This document shows positions 30,467-40,926 of a stretch of DNA of 64,000 bases, piece after piece. How positions within the stretch are numbered: position 1 is the stretch's first letter; each line of letters starts with the position of its first letter. This DNA is from an uncultured candidate division Zixibacteria bacterium (GTDB taxonomy: Bacteria; Zixibacteria; MSB-5A5; UBA10806; 4484-95), in contig CAXXKA010000001.1 of NCBI GenBank assembly GCA_963668625.2, positions 128,001-192,000 on the forward strand. Reading direction: 5' to 3'. A model generated the notes under the pieces. It saw only the letters and a list, made by a program, of their open reading frames with translations. It was not told where the DNA came from and searched no databases. The position numbers and the translations under genes are program-made.

Positions 30467-32050
30467 ATGAAAACTCTGTTTACCAACGCGGTCATCTATT
30501 CACCGCTGAAATTACGCGCTGATTCGATTGCGGTCGATAACGGCCGTATCGTAGATATAGGCACTAAAACGAAACTGGCCCCGCTAAAACGCCACGGCTT
30601 CAAAGTGTTGAATCTTAAAGGCAAAACGCTGCTGCCTGGTTTCATAGACTCGCATCTTCACTTGCTGTCATCGGGATACGATCTTTTGAACGTACGTCTC
30701 GATTATATCGACTCGCTCGATAAAGTGCTGGTTAAAATAGAAAAAGCTGCCGCGAACGTCCCCGCCGGTCAGTGGGTACTTGGCAGGGGATGGAATAAAA
30801 ATCTCTGGGGTGATGATTTCCCCACCAAAGAGATGCTCGATAAAGTATGCCCTAACAAGCCCGCAAGATTTTACTCCAAGGACGGCCACTCGATCTGGGC
30901 GAACTCCGCCGCGTTGAAAATAGCCGGTATAGATGATCGCACGCTCGACCCGGCAGGCGGCCGTATCGGTAGAGCTTCCGATGGTTCACCGAACGGCATG
31001 TTTTTTGAAAACGCCGTCGGACTCATTGATGATTATCTGCCCGAGGCTCCGACTGATTACAAGCTAAAGGCTTTGAAAAAGGCGGTTACGCATTTCAACA
31101 AGCTGGGCATAACCGGCGTTGGCGATATGGACTGGCACCCAAATCGGCTTGGCCTGTTCAAAATAGCCGAGGATAGAAGGCAGTTAAGCCTTCGGGTTTA
31201 CATGATGCTTTCCCCGGATGATGTGCTGCCTGCCTCCAAGCTCGGGTTACGTACGGGATTCAGTGATGGTTTTATCACTATTGGCGCGCTTAAGTTATAC
31301 ATGGATGGCGCGCTGGGTTCGCAAACGGCCTGGATGTTCGAGGCGTACGAAAACAGCTCCAATACGGGAGTACCGACTCTATCGGAGGAACAGCTGGAGG
31401 ATTATTTCGAGCGGACTCATCTAAACGGTATCTCGATGGCTATCCACGCGATCGGCGATAGAGCCAATGCCGAGCTTCTGGATTTCTTCGGTAAAAAATA
31501 TAAAATATCCAAAAAGCTGGGTTTGAAACATCGACTGGAGCACGCTCAACATATGCGCAAAGAGGATATTGCCAAGTTCAAGAAGTATGATGTCGGCGTA
31601 GCGTTACAGCCGATTCATATCCTGGCCGATAGGGACATGGCCGGGAAGCAGCTCGGTGAGCGTGCGAGATGGGCTTATCCGTTTGCCACCATGTTGAAAC
31701 GCGGCGCGACTATCGGTTTCGGCTCTGACTGCCCGATCGAGGACGCCAACCCGCTTATCGGCATCTATGCGGCTATTGCCCGGAAACGTCCCGGAGATGA
31801 CCGAGGCTCATGGTACGGCGAGGAATGTATTACCCTGCCCGAGGCGATAAGGGCTTACACCGAGGGCGCCGCCTCTATATGCCGCTGGGGTGAATGCTCG
31901 GGAATGATAGCTAACGGCAGGCAGGCGGATTTCGTAGTGCTCTCGGAGGACATTTACAAAGTTGATAAAGACCGGATACCTGATATAAAGGTGCTGGCCA
32001 CGATCGTTAACGGTGAAATCGTATACCAGAATAAGGCGATGAAATTATGA
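30467..32050 (+). CDS. YtcJ-like amidohydrolase (amidohydrolase_3)
   Basis: PGFIDSHLH, KLYMDGALGS, HAIGDRA, RLEHAQ and GSDCP motifs. Confidence 0.9.
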   Translation: MKTLFTNAVIYSPLKLRADSIAVDNGRIVDIGTKTKLAPLKRHGFKVLNLKGKTLLPGFIDSHLHLLSSGYDLLNVRLDYIDSLDKVLVKIEKAAANVPAGQWVLGRGWNKNLWGDDFPTKEMLDKVCPNKPARFYSKDGHSIWANSAALKIAGIDDRTLDPAGGRIGRASDGSPNGMFFENAVGLIDDYLPEAPTDYKLKALKKAVTHFNKLGITGVGDMDWHPNRLGLFKIAEDRRQLSLRVYMMLSPDDVLPASKLGLRTGFSDGFITIGALKLYMDGALGSQTAWMFEAYENSSNTGVPTLSEEQLEDYFERTHLNGISMAIHAIGDRANAELLDFFGKKYKISKKLGLKHRLEHAQHMRKEDIAKFKKYDVGVALQPIHILADRDMAGKQLGERARWAYPFATMLKRGATIGFGSDCPIEDANPLIGIYAAIARKRPGDDRGSWYGEECITLPEAIRAYTEGAASICRWGECSGMIANGRQADFVVLSEDIYKVDKDRIPDIKVLATIVNGEIVYQNKAMKL

Positions 32051-32643
32051 ACATCATAGATATAATCAAGAAACGTCAGACTGTCTCGAATTTCTCCTCC
32101 CGGCCGGTCGAGAAAGATAAGATCGAGCGTATTACGGGCGCGGTTGAATTCAGCCCGATGGGCTCGGAGAAAATTCCGCTCAAGGTGATAGTGGTATCGA
32201 AACCGAAACATAAACAGCAAATACGACTTCAGGCAGAACAGGTAGAGCGGGCTTATACGCATGGCGCCTCCGTGTTCGGCGAGGATAACGGCGATGAGCC
32301 AGCCGATAGCAACGGCTGGAAGAAACCGTTTCTGGAGGAAGCGCCGTTTTTACTGGTGGTTTGCTCGCTGGCGGGTCAACCATATAACGCCGCCTCGACC
32401 TGGCTGGCTCTGGGCAAGGTCATGATGGCCGCCTCGGAGGAGGGGCTTGGTTCCATGTGTTATTCTCCCCAGATGCCGACATTCCTGCGCAAGGTGCTCA
32501 ATATAGCCGCTCGGTTCATGCCTATCGCTATCATCCCGGTAGGGTATTCCGCCGATGACCTGTTTCCGACACTGGAGCCGCAGGAGGAGAAGATGTTTCG
32601 TAACCTGTTCTCGGGACGGTTCAACTGGCAGAGCGCGAATTGA
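32047..32643 (+). CDS. Nitroreductase-fold protein resembling iodotyrosine deiodinase
   Basis: IIKKRQTV, KQQIRLQAEQVE...WKKPFLEEAPFLLVV, EEGLGSM and IIPVGY motifs. Confidence 0.7.
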   Translation: MNIIDIIKKRQTVSNFSSRPVEKDKIERITGAVEFSPMGSEKIPLKVIVVSKPKHKQQIRLQAEQVERAYTHGASVFGEDNGDEPADSNGWKKPFLEEAPFLLVVCSLAGQPYNAASTWLALGKVMMAASEEGLGSMCYSPQMPTFLRKVLNIAARFMPIAIIPVGYSADDLFPTLEPQEEKMFRNLFSGRFNWQSAN

Positions 32644-32701
32644 TTGGTATGGTTTATTACATGGTCACGATTAGAGAGCAGACATTCGTTAGGATAGTAA
32701 A

Positions 32702-32848
32702 ATGATGATCGATTTTGTTTGGGATACGATTTCGGATGTCATTGATTTCTTTTTCGGCCATAAAGTAAAAGTATTTGTCGTACTGATAATAGTAGTATTG
32801 GCATATCGGCGTTTTTATTTCTTAGCAAACGAAATGCTAACTAATTAA
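32702..32848 (+). CDS. Putative 48-aa single-TM small protein
   Basis: MMIDFVWDTISDVIDFFFGHKVKVFVVLIIVVLAYRRFYFLANEMLTN, AGGA upstream, fills the gap before rnr; below the ORF-track cutoff. Confidence 0.45.
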   Translation: MMIDFVWDTISDVIDFFFGHKVKVFVVLIIVVLAYRRFYFLANEMLTN

Positions 32849-32895
32849 TTTGCGCCAAATAACGGATAACCTTTAATAAGGTAAAATATAGGATT

Positions 32896-35073
32896 ATGGA
32901 AAACAAATTTCTCCCTGAAATCAAAAGCACTCTGGCGAATCTCCCCAGCCCTCCGAGAGTGCGTGAACTCGCTAAAATGATGAATATCAGCCAGGCTGAC
33001 TATCGCGAGTTCAGGCGGGTCATTAAAGCTGCCGCACATGACGGCGAATTGGAGCGTCTTCGCGGTGGAAGGCTGGCGGTGCCGAGTTTCGTCGGCAGGA
33101 TAAAAGGCCGGCTGCTTATTGCCCGCTCGGGATTCGGTTTCGTAATGCCCGAGGATCAGCCCGAGGAGATATTTGTCAAAGAGCAGGATCTCGCCGGGGC
33201 AATGCATGGCGAAACCGTGATAGTCGAGCTAAAGAAATTCAAGCTCGGTAAAAGCATGGAGGGGCGAATCGTCAAGGTGCTCCATCGCGAGGGAACGCAA
33301 TTAGTAGGCAAGCTGAATAAAAACCGTTACGGCTGGCAGATCGATCCGACCGATCCCCGGATTGACCAAACTATCGAGGTCCGGGAAACCGGTAGTTTTG
33401 CCATAAAGCAGGATTACCTGGCAGTGGTCGTTCTCGATGAGTGGACAGCCGATTACCTTCCACCGACCGGCCGCATAGTCGAGGTGCTCGGTCCCGCCGG
33501 TTCACCCGGTGTCGATATTGACGCCCTGGTTATCAGTTCCGGCGTGCCGATAGAGTTTTCACAGCAGACGATCAACCAGACTAAACAAATCGGTAAAACT
33601 ATCAGCAAGTTCGAGAGAAACCGTCGCAAAGACCTGCGCGATCTGACCGTGTTTACGATAGACCCGGCCGATGCTAAGGATCACGATGATGCTGTCAGCC
33701 TGGAGGAGTTGCCTGACGGCACCTGCAGGCTGGGTGTTCATATAGCGGATGTTTCCCATTATGTCAAAGCCGATAGCTGGCTCGATCAGGATGCGCTTTT
33801 GCGCGGCAACTCGATTTATCTGGTCGACCGTGTCATACCGATGCTTCCCGAAAAGCTCTCGGCCGATCTATGCAGTTTGCACGAGGGTGTGGACAGGATG
33901 GCGCTGACCTGCTTTATCTATTACGATAAACGCGGCAACGTGAAAGACCAGGAGATGCTGGAGACAATCATAAACAGTAACGCCTCTCTCAATTATAACG
34001 AGGTACAGGATTGTCTCGATGGTAACCCAAACGACAAAACCGGGCAGTACGCCGAGCTTCTGGTCAAGATGGATAAGCTCGCCAAAAAATTAAAAGGAAA
34101 GCGCGTTAAAGCGGGCAGTCTCGATTTCGATTTACCCGAGGCCAAGGTAGTGCTCGATCCGGACGGTAATGTCGTGGAGATATTGAAATACCCGCGCTAC
34201 GACAGCCATCGACTGGTAGAGGAATTCATGCTGTCAGCCAACAAGGTCGTGGCTAAACTGTTGGAGGGTTTTGCCGCGCCGATTCTCTTTCGGGTACACG
34301 ATAAACCCGATAAACTTAAAGTGAAAAATTTCGCCGAGCTGATAAAGGAGATGGGTTATACTTTCAGCTTTAAAGGCGAGATAACCCCCAAGAAATTTCA
34401 GCGGGTGCTCGATGAGGTAACCGGCAAAGCGGATGAGGCTTTCGTTCATAAGCTGTTGCTCAGATCGCTTGCTAAGGCGGCGTATCAACCCAACAACCTC
34501 GGCCATTTCGGTTTGGCTTTCGATAGCTACGCTCATTTTACCTCCCCGATCAGGCGCTATCCCGATTTACACTTGCATCGCGTGGTGAAATTATTTATCA
34601 ATAAATTACTGCACGCCGGGATCGCCTCGAAACTCAGGGAGAATTTGAAAAATATCGGCAATCACTGCTCCCAGACCGAGCTTCAGGCGGACGCCCTGGA
34701 ACGCGAGTCGATAAAGATCAAGATGCTGGAGTATTTCGATAATCAAATCGGCGCGCGATTTGCCGGCACCGTATCGGGCGTCGTTCGCTCCGGTTTGTTC
34801 GTGCAAATAGATGAGATGATGGCAGAGGGATTTTTAGCGTACTCATCGTTCGGGGATGATTATTATATCTACGATGAGGTGAAACACGAGGCGGTCGGTA
34901 AGCGCACCAGGAAGAGATTTCGCCTGGGCGATAAAATAGAAATAATCGTAGCCGGGGTAAATCGCGAACGCCGCGAGATGGATTTTTACGCGGCCTCGAT
35001 GGTTGAACCCAAAGAGAAAAAAAACAACAATAAACCTAAACGCAGAGACGTTAAGCCTAAAAAACGAAAATGA
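32896..35073 (+). CDS. rnr: Ribonuclease R
   Basis: TIDPADAKDHDDA, HIADVS, EEFML and HFTSPIRRYPD motifs, S1 domain, basic tail. Confidence 0.95.
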   Translation: MENKFLPEIKSTLANLPSPPRVRELAKMMNISQADYREFRRVIKAAAHDGELERLRGGRLAVPSFVGRIKGRLLIARSGFGFVMPEDQPEEIFVKEQDLAGAMHGETVIVELKKFKLGKSMEGRIVKVLHREGTQLVGKLNKNRYGWQIDPTDPRIDQTIEVRETGSFAIKQDYLAVVVLDEWTADYLPPTGRIVEVLGPAGSPGVDIDALVISSGVPIEFSQQTINQTKQIGKTISKFERNRRKDLRDLTVFTIDPADAKDHDDAVSLEELPDGTCRLGVHIADVSHYVKADSWLDQDALLRGNSIYLVDRVIPMLPEKLSADLCSLHEGVDRMALTCFIYYDKRGNVKDQEMLETIINSNASLNYNEVQDCLDGNPNDKTGQYAELLVKMDKLAKKLKGKRVKAGSLDFDLPEAKVVLDPDGNVVEILKYPRYDSHRLVEEFMLSANKVVAKLLEGFAAPILFRVHDKPDKLKVKNFAELIKEMGYTFSFKGEITPKKFQRVLDEVTGKADEAFVHKLLLRSLAKAAYQPNNLGHFGLAFDSYAHFTSPIRRYPDLHLHRVVKLFINKLLHAGIASKLRENLKNIGNHCSQTELQADALERESIKIKMLEYFDNQIGARFAGTVSGVVRSGLFVQIDEMMAEGFLAYSSFGDDYYIYDEVKHEAVGKRTRKRFRLGDKIEIIVAGVNRERREMDFYAASMVEPKEKKNNNKPKRRDVKPKKRK

Positions 35074-36500
35074 TAATTTACGTATACGGCCCGGATAAAG
35101 ACTACAACGAGTCCCTATCGGAAGCTTTAAAAAAGCTTTCGTTCGAGACCTCGGTTTATGATGATAAGCAGGCGCTCGGATCGGCAATTAAAAACCTGTC
35201 GCCGACCGGCCTGTTTTATGACCTTCGCTATGAAAACGAGATACCGCGAGTGCTAGAACGCATCTATCTCGAACATCCCGATATAATTCTACTCGGAGTA
35301 ACCGAACATCACCTGGAAATGTTCGAGGGGTACACCGATCAACTGTTTCTACCTCATCTCGATATCGCCCAAATGGCCAGCGCTTTTAACGAGCATTTAA
35401 AAGATAGAGAGCTCTTAGAGTCATGCGGTTTCGTCGGTCGTTCAATCGAGCTGATCGGCGTAGCCAGAATGATTCATCAGGTTGCCCCGACTGATATTAC
35501 CGTACTGGTAACCGGCCCCTCGGGAGCGGGCAAGGAGACAGTCGCCCTGGCCATTCATCGTACTTCCGGCAAGGCTGATGATAAATTCTACAGTATCAAT
35601 ATCGGTTCGCTGGCGCCGGGAGTCGTCGAATCGGAGTTGTTCGGCCACGAGAAAGGCTCGTTCACCGGTGCGGTCGCGAAGCGTTCAGGATATTTCGAGA
35701 TGGCCTCGGATGGTACTTTGTTTTTGGATGAAATAGGCGAGCTCTCGGCCGATTTGCAGGTAAAACTATTACGTGTACTCGAGGAACGTAGTTTCTATCG
35801 CGTCGGTGGCCAGAAAAAGATATCGACCGGGACCAGGCTTATTTTTGCCACCAACCGAGATTTGGGTGAGGAGGTGGCATCGGGCAATTTCCGCCAGGAC
35901 TTGTACTATCGCTTGAATGTCGTTAATATCACCTTGCCGCCGCTATCAGCCCGGCCCAAAGATATTTCACCGCTGGTGAAAGCGTTCATAAAAAGATCCC
36001 GTTATTATAACGAGGTGGTTTCCAATCCGATCGAGCCCGGCGCGCTCAAGCTTTTCATGCGTTATCATTGGCCGGGTAATATCAGGGAATTGAAAAACGT
36101 GGTCGAGTCGATGTTGATTCTTTCCAACAAAGGCGTGATTACCCAGGAATCATTCGAACGCTACCTGCGCGAGAAATCTCTTCACAATACCAGGCTGCCG
36201 GTGCCAACGGGCAGATCGACGACCAGCGCCGAACATCAATTGATTATTCAAGCGTTGCTGTCGATGAAAGATGAAATTTCGAGCCTGCGGCAGCTAATCA
36301 TGGAAAATATCGATAGTCCTTTGAATGATACCAACAGGCTGCCCGAACAGCAGGAAAGCCTGAATTTGGAAAATAACGAACGTAACCTGATCGAAAAAAC
36401 CTTGAAGGAGGTGAATGGTAATCGCAGGCGAGCAGCAAGGCTTCTGGGTATAGGCGAAAGAACGCTTTACCGCAAGCTCGACAAATACGGCATAAGCTGA
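35070..36500 (+). CDS. Sigma-54-dependent enhancer-binding protein (divergent receiver-like N-terminus, AAA+, Fis HTH)
   Basis: [38 protein letters not shown] and [11 protein letters not shown] motifs. Confidence 0.92.
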   Translation: MIIYVYGPDKDYNESLSEALKKLSFETSVYDDKQALGSAIKNLSPTGLFYDLRYENEIPRVLERIYLEHPDIILLGVTEHHLEMFEGYTDQLFLPHLDIAQMASAFNEHLKDRELLESCGFVGRSIELIGVARMIHQVAPTDITVLVTGPSGAGKETVALAIHRTSGKADDKFYSINIGSLAPGVVESELFGHEKGSFTGAVAKRSGYFEMASDGTLFLDEIGELSADLQVKLLRVLEERSFYRVGGQKKISTGTRLIFATNRDLGEEVASGNFRQDLYYRLNVVNITLPPLSARPKDISPLVKAFIKRSRYYNEVVSNPIEPGALKLFMRYHWPGNIRELKNVVESMLILSNKGVITQESFERYLREKSLHNTRLPVPTGRSTTSAEHQLIIQALLSMKDEISSLRQLIMENIDSPLNDTNRLPEQQESLNLENNERNLIEKTLKEVNGNRRRAARLLGIGERTLYRKLDKYGIS

Positions 36501-36508
36501 TCTGCTCT

Positions 36509-37987
36509 TTGTTAGTCTCGTTTTTGGTCATTTGCTTTTCAAAGGGTAACGCATCACCGGTATACAACATAGAAAATCTCGATGATTTATTCGATGCCTA
36601 TTATTCGGGCATGATAGACTACACGACATTTTCTATTCTCTATAATGCGTATGACCTCGGCGGATTAACCGGGGATGATCTCGAGGCTTTGAATATATCG
36701 GATCGAACCGAATTATACTTTCTGCTCAATCCCGAGGATAGCTCCGGCTTCTGGCAGGAGCTTTTAAACAATCGGAACGGACAGCTTGGTTTTAGGAGAT
36801 ATAGCCGCGATAAGGATTATATCTATAGTAATTACTACGCTGATTTTTTTCGGCATGGATTTAACCTCCGGTTCGATATCAGAAAGCTCGATGAGCAAAC
36901 CGAATTTCGCCGACGATCTATCGGTTGGCGTAATGAATATATCGAGCTGAAAACCGGCAATTATCTGGTAAAACAGATGTATGGCCTGACAATCGGCAGG
37001 TACGATTATCAGCCCTCGGCGGGATATGGAAACGAGAGTAAACTGAATTTACTTTCCCCCTCGAACAGCTACTATAACGGATTCGCGATGGAAATTAATA
37101 GAAGCAATTTTCATTCAGGTTCATACTATTCATATAAAGAATATGATAATTACGATAAAACGTTTGCCGGTGGATCGATAACCTATGAATCGAAGCGGTA
37201 TACGGTCAGTATCATCTCAGGCTGGAATAAAATATACAACGGAGATAAAGATGAAGAATACCTGGCTATCGGAACGGGTTTTGAAATCAACATGGATGAT
37301 TACTCGCTTGGCGGTGAATACGCCCTCGTCGAAAAGTCCGCCGGAGTGTACCTGAAAGCCTCAAAGCAAGCAGAAAAACTGCTGATACAATCGGAGTTCT
37401 GGCATTATGCCGATCATTTCTGCAATTTTAATTGCAGCGGCCCGGCAGCCTCCGATTACGAATCGTTTTACCCGCTGGATGATGAATTGGGTTTCAGGTC
37501 AACTCAGGCGGGGGAGACCGGCGTATCGATCAGCTATCACGTTACCGGCCTGGATGCCGGTTTACAGATGTGGAATCAAAGCGGCAGCGATTTTCCGAAC
37601 TCATCCATATATGCCCGTTCGTTTCATGATATCAGCGAGAGCATCAGGATTAAATATCAGCTATCATATAAGAATACCGAAACCAGTAGATATTTTTGGA
37701 TGAGAGTTTATCACGACATGGAACTTCCAGTGATTGACAGGCTGGGTTTAAAAACTTATTATGATGACGGCAACTTTATCAGGAAGAACAGCTACGCTTA
37801 CTCGGACCATCGCTATGAAATTAATAGGCAATTCGCATTAACTTTGAAACTGAGATTTTACATGGATAATCAAATATACTGGTATATTGGCGAATCACTT
37901 GAGACCGCGCCGCGTTTACGTCTACGTGGCGAAGTTTCTTACAGGGATTATGCCCGGATAAACATCAAAATAGAGAAAGCGCTATGA
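36509..37987 (+). CDS. Hypothetical outer-membrane beta-barrel-like protein
   Basis: Aromatic-rich alternating strands and GNY...GLT motif; start codon uncertain. Confidence 0.6.
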   Translation: MLVSFLVICFSKGNASPVYNIENLDDLFDAYYSGMIDYTTFSILYNAYDLGGLTGDDLEALNISDRTELYFLLNPEDSSGFWQELLNNRNGQLGFRRYSRDKDYIYSNYYADFFRHGFNLRFDIRKLDEQTEFRRRSIGWRNEYIELKTGNYLVKQMYGLTIGRYDYQPSAGYGNESKLNLLSPSNSYYNGFAMEINRSNFHSGSYYSYKEYDNYDKTFAGGSITYESKRYTVSIISGWNKIYNGDKDEEYLAIGTGFEINMDDYSLGGEYALVEKSAGVYLKASKQAEKLLIQSEFWHYADHFCNFNCSGPAASDYESFYPLDDELGFRSTQAGETGVSISYHVTGLDAGLQMWNQSGSDFPNSSIYARSFHDISESIRIKYQLSYKNTETSRYFWMRVYHDMELPVIDRLGLKTYYDDGNFIRKNSYAYSDHRYEINRQFALTLKLRFYMDNQIYWYIGESLETAPRLRLRGEVSYRDYARINIKIEKAL

Positions 37988-38844
37988 GGACGATTTTAAA
38001 AACGGTGATTTTTTTAATGATCTCTTATCGAATGGTTTCGGCCGAGATCATCTTAAGCGAGATACTGGCGAATGAACCTGGCAGCCGTGTACTGTTGGAA
38101 TGGTTTGAGATTTACAATAGCGATGATTCGACGATCAACCTAGATAATTACTCATTCATAGAAAACGGCGATACGCTGAATATTCCTGAAGGAGCGATTA
38201 TCGATGGCAACTCGTATGCCGTTATCTGCCGTCGACTCGAACCGCATGATGGCAGCGACTGTTTCGAATCGTACTGGGGCGATTCCTCCGGTGTCTGGGG
38301 GGATGCTCTCGATGAAAACTATCGAGTCTACGAGGCAGGTATGACTCTCTCCAACAGCAACGGATCTATTTATATATTACTCGCCGACAGTATCGGTATT
38401 GACCATTTCATCTGGGATAAAGCTACCGATGACGCTCGAAGTTACGAGCGCGACTGGGTGCTAGATCCGTTCTCGGACTGGCATGAATGCTATGATCCGT
38501 CCGGCTCGACACCCGGCAGCGAGAATTCGGTTATTCCATCCGATGATGCTCAGTATTTTCTGAGCGTGGAACCGGAGGCGGTCAGTTTAGCCCGTCATGA
38601 AAAAACGATGACCGTAACATACGGCGCGCCATCAGGTACCGAGGTTACTATTTACATATACGATGATTCTGCTCTTCGACGGCGAGTCATAGTCGAACAG
38701 TCTTCTAATTCCGTTGATGAGATAATCTGGAATCTCGAGGATGACAACAGCGATACTTTGCCTGCCGGGTTGTATTTCCTGTCGTTCAGGACATCCGGAG
38801 CTATCTCCGTTTTGAAAAACATTCCGATTGTGATTGCCCCATGA
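37984..38844 (+). CDS. Lamin-tail-domain secreted protein with FlgD-Ig-like C-terminus
   Basis: ILSEILANEP...EWFEIYN, LSNSNG, STPGSENS and LPAGLYF motifs. Confidence 0.78.
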   Translation: MRTILKTVIFLMISYRMVSAEIILSEILANEPGSRVLLEWFEIYNSDDSTINLDNYSFIENGDTLNIPEGAIIDGNSYAVICRRLEPHDGSDCFESYWGDSSGVWGDALDENYRVYEAGMTLSNSNGSIYILLADSIGIDHFIWDKATDDARSYERDWVLDPFSDWHECYDPSGSTPGSENSVIPSDDAQYFLSVEPEAVSLARHEKTMTVTYGAPSGTEVTIYIYDDSALRRRVIVEQSSNSVDEIIWNLEDDNSDTLPAGLYFLSFRTSGAISVLKNIPIVIAP

Positions 38845-39614
38845 TTAGAACATCAATACTGCTCGTTTTGCTGCTGCCATTACTGGCATTTTGCCTTGAG
38901 GGACCTGATCTTATGCTCCTGGGCGACTGCTACATTCCAGGCCCGGGTGGTTTCAACCTCTGCTCGGCCGAACCGCAGACGGGAGGCATGAAACTGACAC
39001 TCCAGAACGCCTCGCTTTACGATATCCGTTCTTTGGATTGGAACTACGCCGGTATCAGATATTCTTCCGGTTGCTGGACAATAGCCGGAGATTTTCGAAT
39101 GTATGGCGTGAATAGTCTTTATGAGTCTGATCAATACCAGGTGATGATTCACTATCTGTTTGTCGAGCGCCTATCGATAGGAGCAGGTTACGGTCGCAAA
39201 GAGCTCAACTTCGGCGACGGGTTGTATAAAACATCAATCAATATACTCAGGTTCAGTTCAGGATTCAAACTCGATAATTTCAGCCTCGACCTGACTGTTG
39301 ATAATATCGCGCTAAATGATGATGACAAAGCCGTGGGTGATCCCGAATACCTGTTTTCCGGCGCATGGCCTGTTTACCGGGAACTTACGGTGTACAGCAT
39401 TTATTATAGAAATCCATATAAGCATGATAGATTTTTACTGGGGCAGGATTTAAAACTGAACAAACACCTGAACATTAATGCAGGACTGATAAGCGGCCCG
39501 GAGGTATATTTTGTGGGGCTTGAAATTGTTTACAAAGGACTTGTTTTCGGTTATACTTACTACGATGTAGCGGGCTTACCGGATTGCTCGAAATTAACTC
39601 TAAATTACAGGTAG
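38841..39614 (+). CDS. Hypothetical outer-membrane protein, possibly a divergent PorV-like barrel
   Basis: Signal peptide, amphipathic beta strands, overlaps the upstream gene (ATGA). Confidence 0.55.
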   Translation: MIRTSILLVLLLPLLAFCLEGPDLMLLGDCYIPGPGGFNLCSAEPQTGGMKLTLQNASLYDIRSLDWNYAGIRYSSGCWTIAGDFRMYGVNSLYESDQYQVMIHYLFVERLSIGAGYGRKELNFGDGLYKTSINILRFSSGFKLDNFSLDLTVDNIALNDDDKAVGDPEYLFSGAWPVYRELTVYSIYYRNPYKHDRFLLGQDLKLNKHLNINAGLISGPEVYFVGLEIVYKGLVFGYTYYDVAGLPDCSKLTLNYR

Positions 39615-39618
39615 AAAA

Positions 39619-40776
39619 ATGACAATTCGCGAATTGCTTGAAAAACAGGAACATGAAACGTTGGCGCCGTACGCCGCTAAATCATCCGAAAGCAGGGGAC
39701 GGCATTATAAGGAACGCAGCCACGATCAGCGAACCGAGTTTCAGCGGGACCGCGAAAGGATTATTCACACCACAGCGTTCAGGCGTCTCGAGTATAAAAC
39801 ACAGGTGTTCGTCAACTACGAGGGCGACCATTATCGTACGCGACTGACGCACACGATAGAGGTAGTGCAGATAGCGCGAGGAATCGCCAGGGCATTACAT
39901 CTTAACGAGGACCTGGCCGAGGCTATCGCATTAGCTCATGATCTGGGACATACGCCGTTCGGGCATTCGGGCGAAGCCGTGCTTAACAAGCTCATGAAAG
40001 AGCATGGTGGTTTCGAACACAATCGCCAGAGCCTGAAAGTGGTAGAAAACCTGGAGAAACGTTATCCCGATTTTCCGGGATTGAATCTCACTTATGAGCT
40101 TCGGGAGGGTATTTTAAAGCATGAGACGATTTACGACAATCCCATGTACCCGGCCGAGCTGTTCCCCACCGAAAGAGGTACGCTCGAGTGCCAGGTAGTA
40201 AATATCGCCGATGAGATAACCTATACGTGTCATGATGTTGATGATGGTTTGCGTTCCGGCTTAATTTCGGTTGAGGATTTGAAAATCATCCCATTCTGGA
40301 ATGAACTTCACGAGATAGTCATGAGCCAGTATCCATATATCGATAACACCCAGATTTATCGTCACCAGATGGTTAAAAACATGATCAACCTGATGATAGC
40401 CGATAGTATCGCCGCCAGTGTTAAGGCTCTCGACAAAGCTAAACCGGAATCGGTTAGTGATGTTCGCCGGATGGCGGAAAACCTGGTTTGCCGCGGGGAT
40501 GAGGCGTTGCGCAAAGAATCGCGGATAAAGCAGTTTCTTTTGGAAAAGGTATACCGTCACCATAAACTGGCCAGAATGGCCGATAAAGCCGAGAGAATTA
40601 TCACCACCCTGTTCGAGGTATATATCAAAAGCCCTGAACAGCTTCCACCGAATTTCCAAAACCGGTTAAGCAACGAGGACAAATACATAGTGGTGGCCGA
40701 CTACGTTGCCGGCATGACGGACAGGTTCGCCGCTACCGAATACAAAAAAATGATCGATCCGTTCGAGTTAATTTAG
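39619..40776 (+). CDS. dgt: dGTP triphosphohydrolase-like HD protein
   Basis: RTEFQRDRERI, RTRLTHT, AHDLGHTPFGHSGE and DYVAGMTD motifs. Confidence 0.93.
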   Translation: MTIRELLEKQEHETLAPYAAKSSESRGRHYKERSHDQRTEFQRDRERIIHTTAFRRLEYKTQVFVNYEGDHYRTRLTHTIEVVQIARGIARALHLNEDLAEAIALAHDLGHTPFGHSGEAVLNKLMKEHGGFEHNRQSLKVVENLEKRYPDFPGLNLTYELREGILKHETIYDNPMYPAELFPTERGTLECQVVNIADEITYTCHDVDDGLRSGLISVEDLKIIPFWNELHEIVMSQYPYIDNTQIYRHQMVKNMINLMIADSIAASVKALDKAKPESVSDVRRMAENLVCRGDEALRKESRIKQFLLEKVYRHHKLARMADKAERIITTLFEVYIKSPEQLPPNFQNRLSNEDKYIVVADYVAGMTDRFAATEYKKMIDPFELI

Positions 40777-40926
40777 AAATAAGTTGAATATATTGTCCGT
40801 ATCAGTTAATAGATATATTGAAAGTATGGATTATCCGTTTACTTTCAGGCTTGGAATTACTGGTTATAATCAGGTTCCCGGCTATTAAACGAAACTTAAA
40901 GGACTGGATTTTAGTAATAGGGTATT

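Noticed and set aside
32641-32700. UGA read-through (Sec) at the end of the nitroreductase-like gene
   Set aside because: The domain is already complete, with no redox motif context or clear SECIS hairpin.
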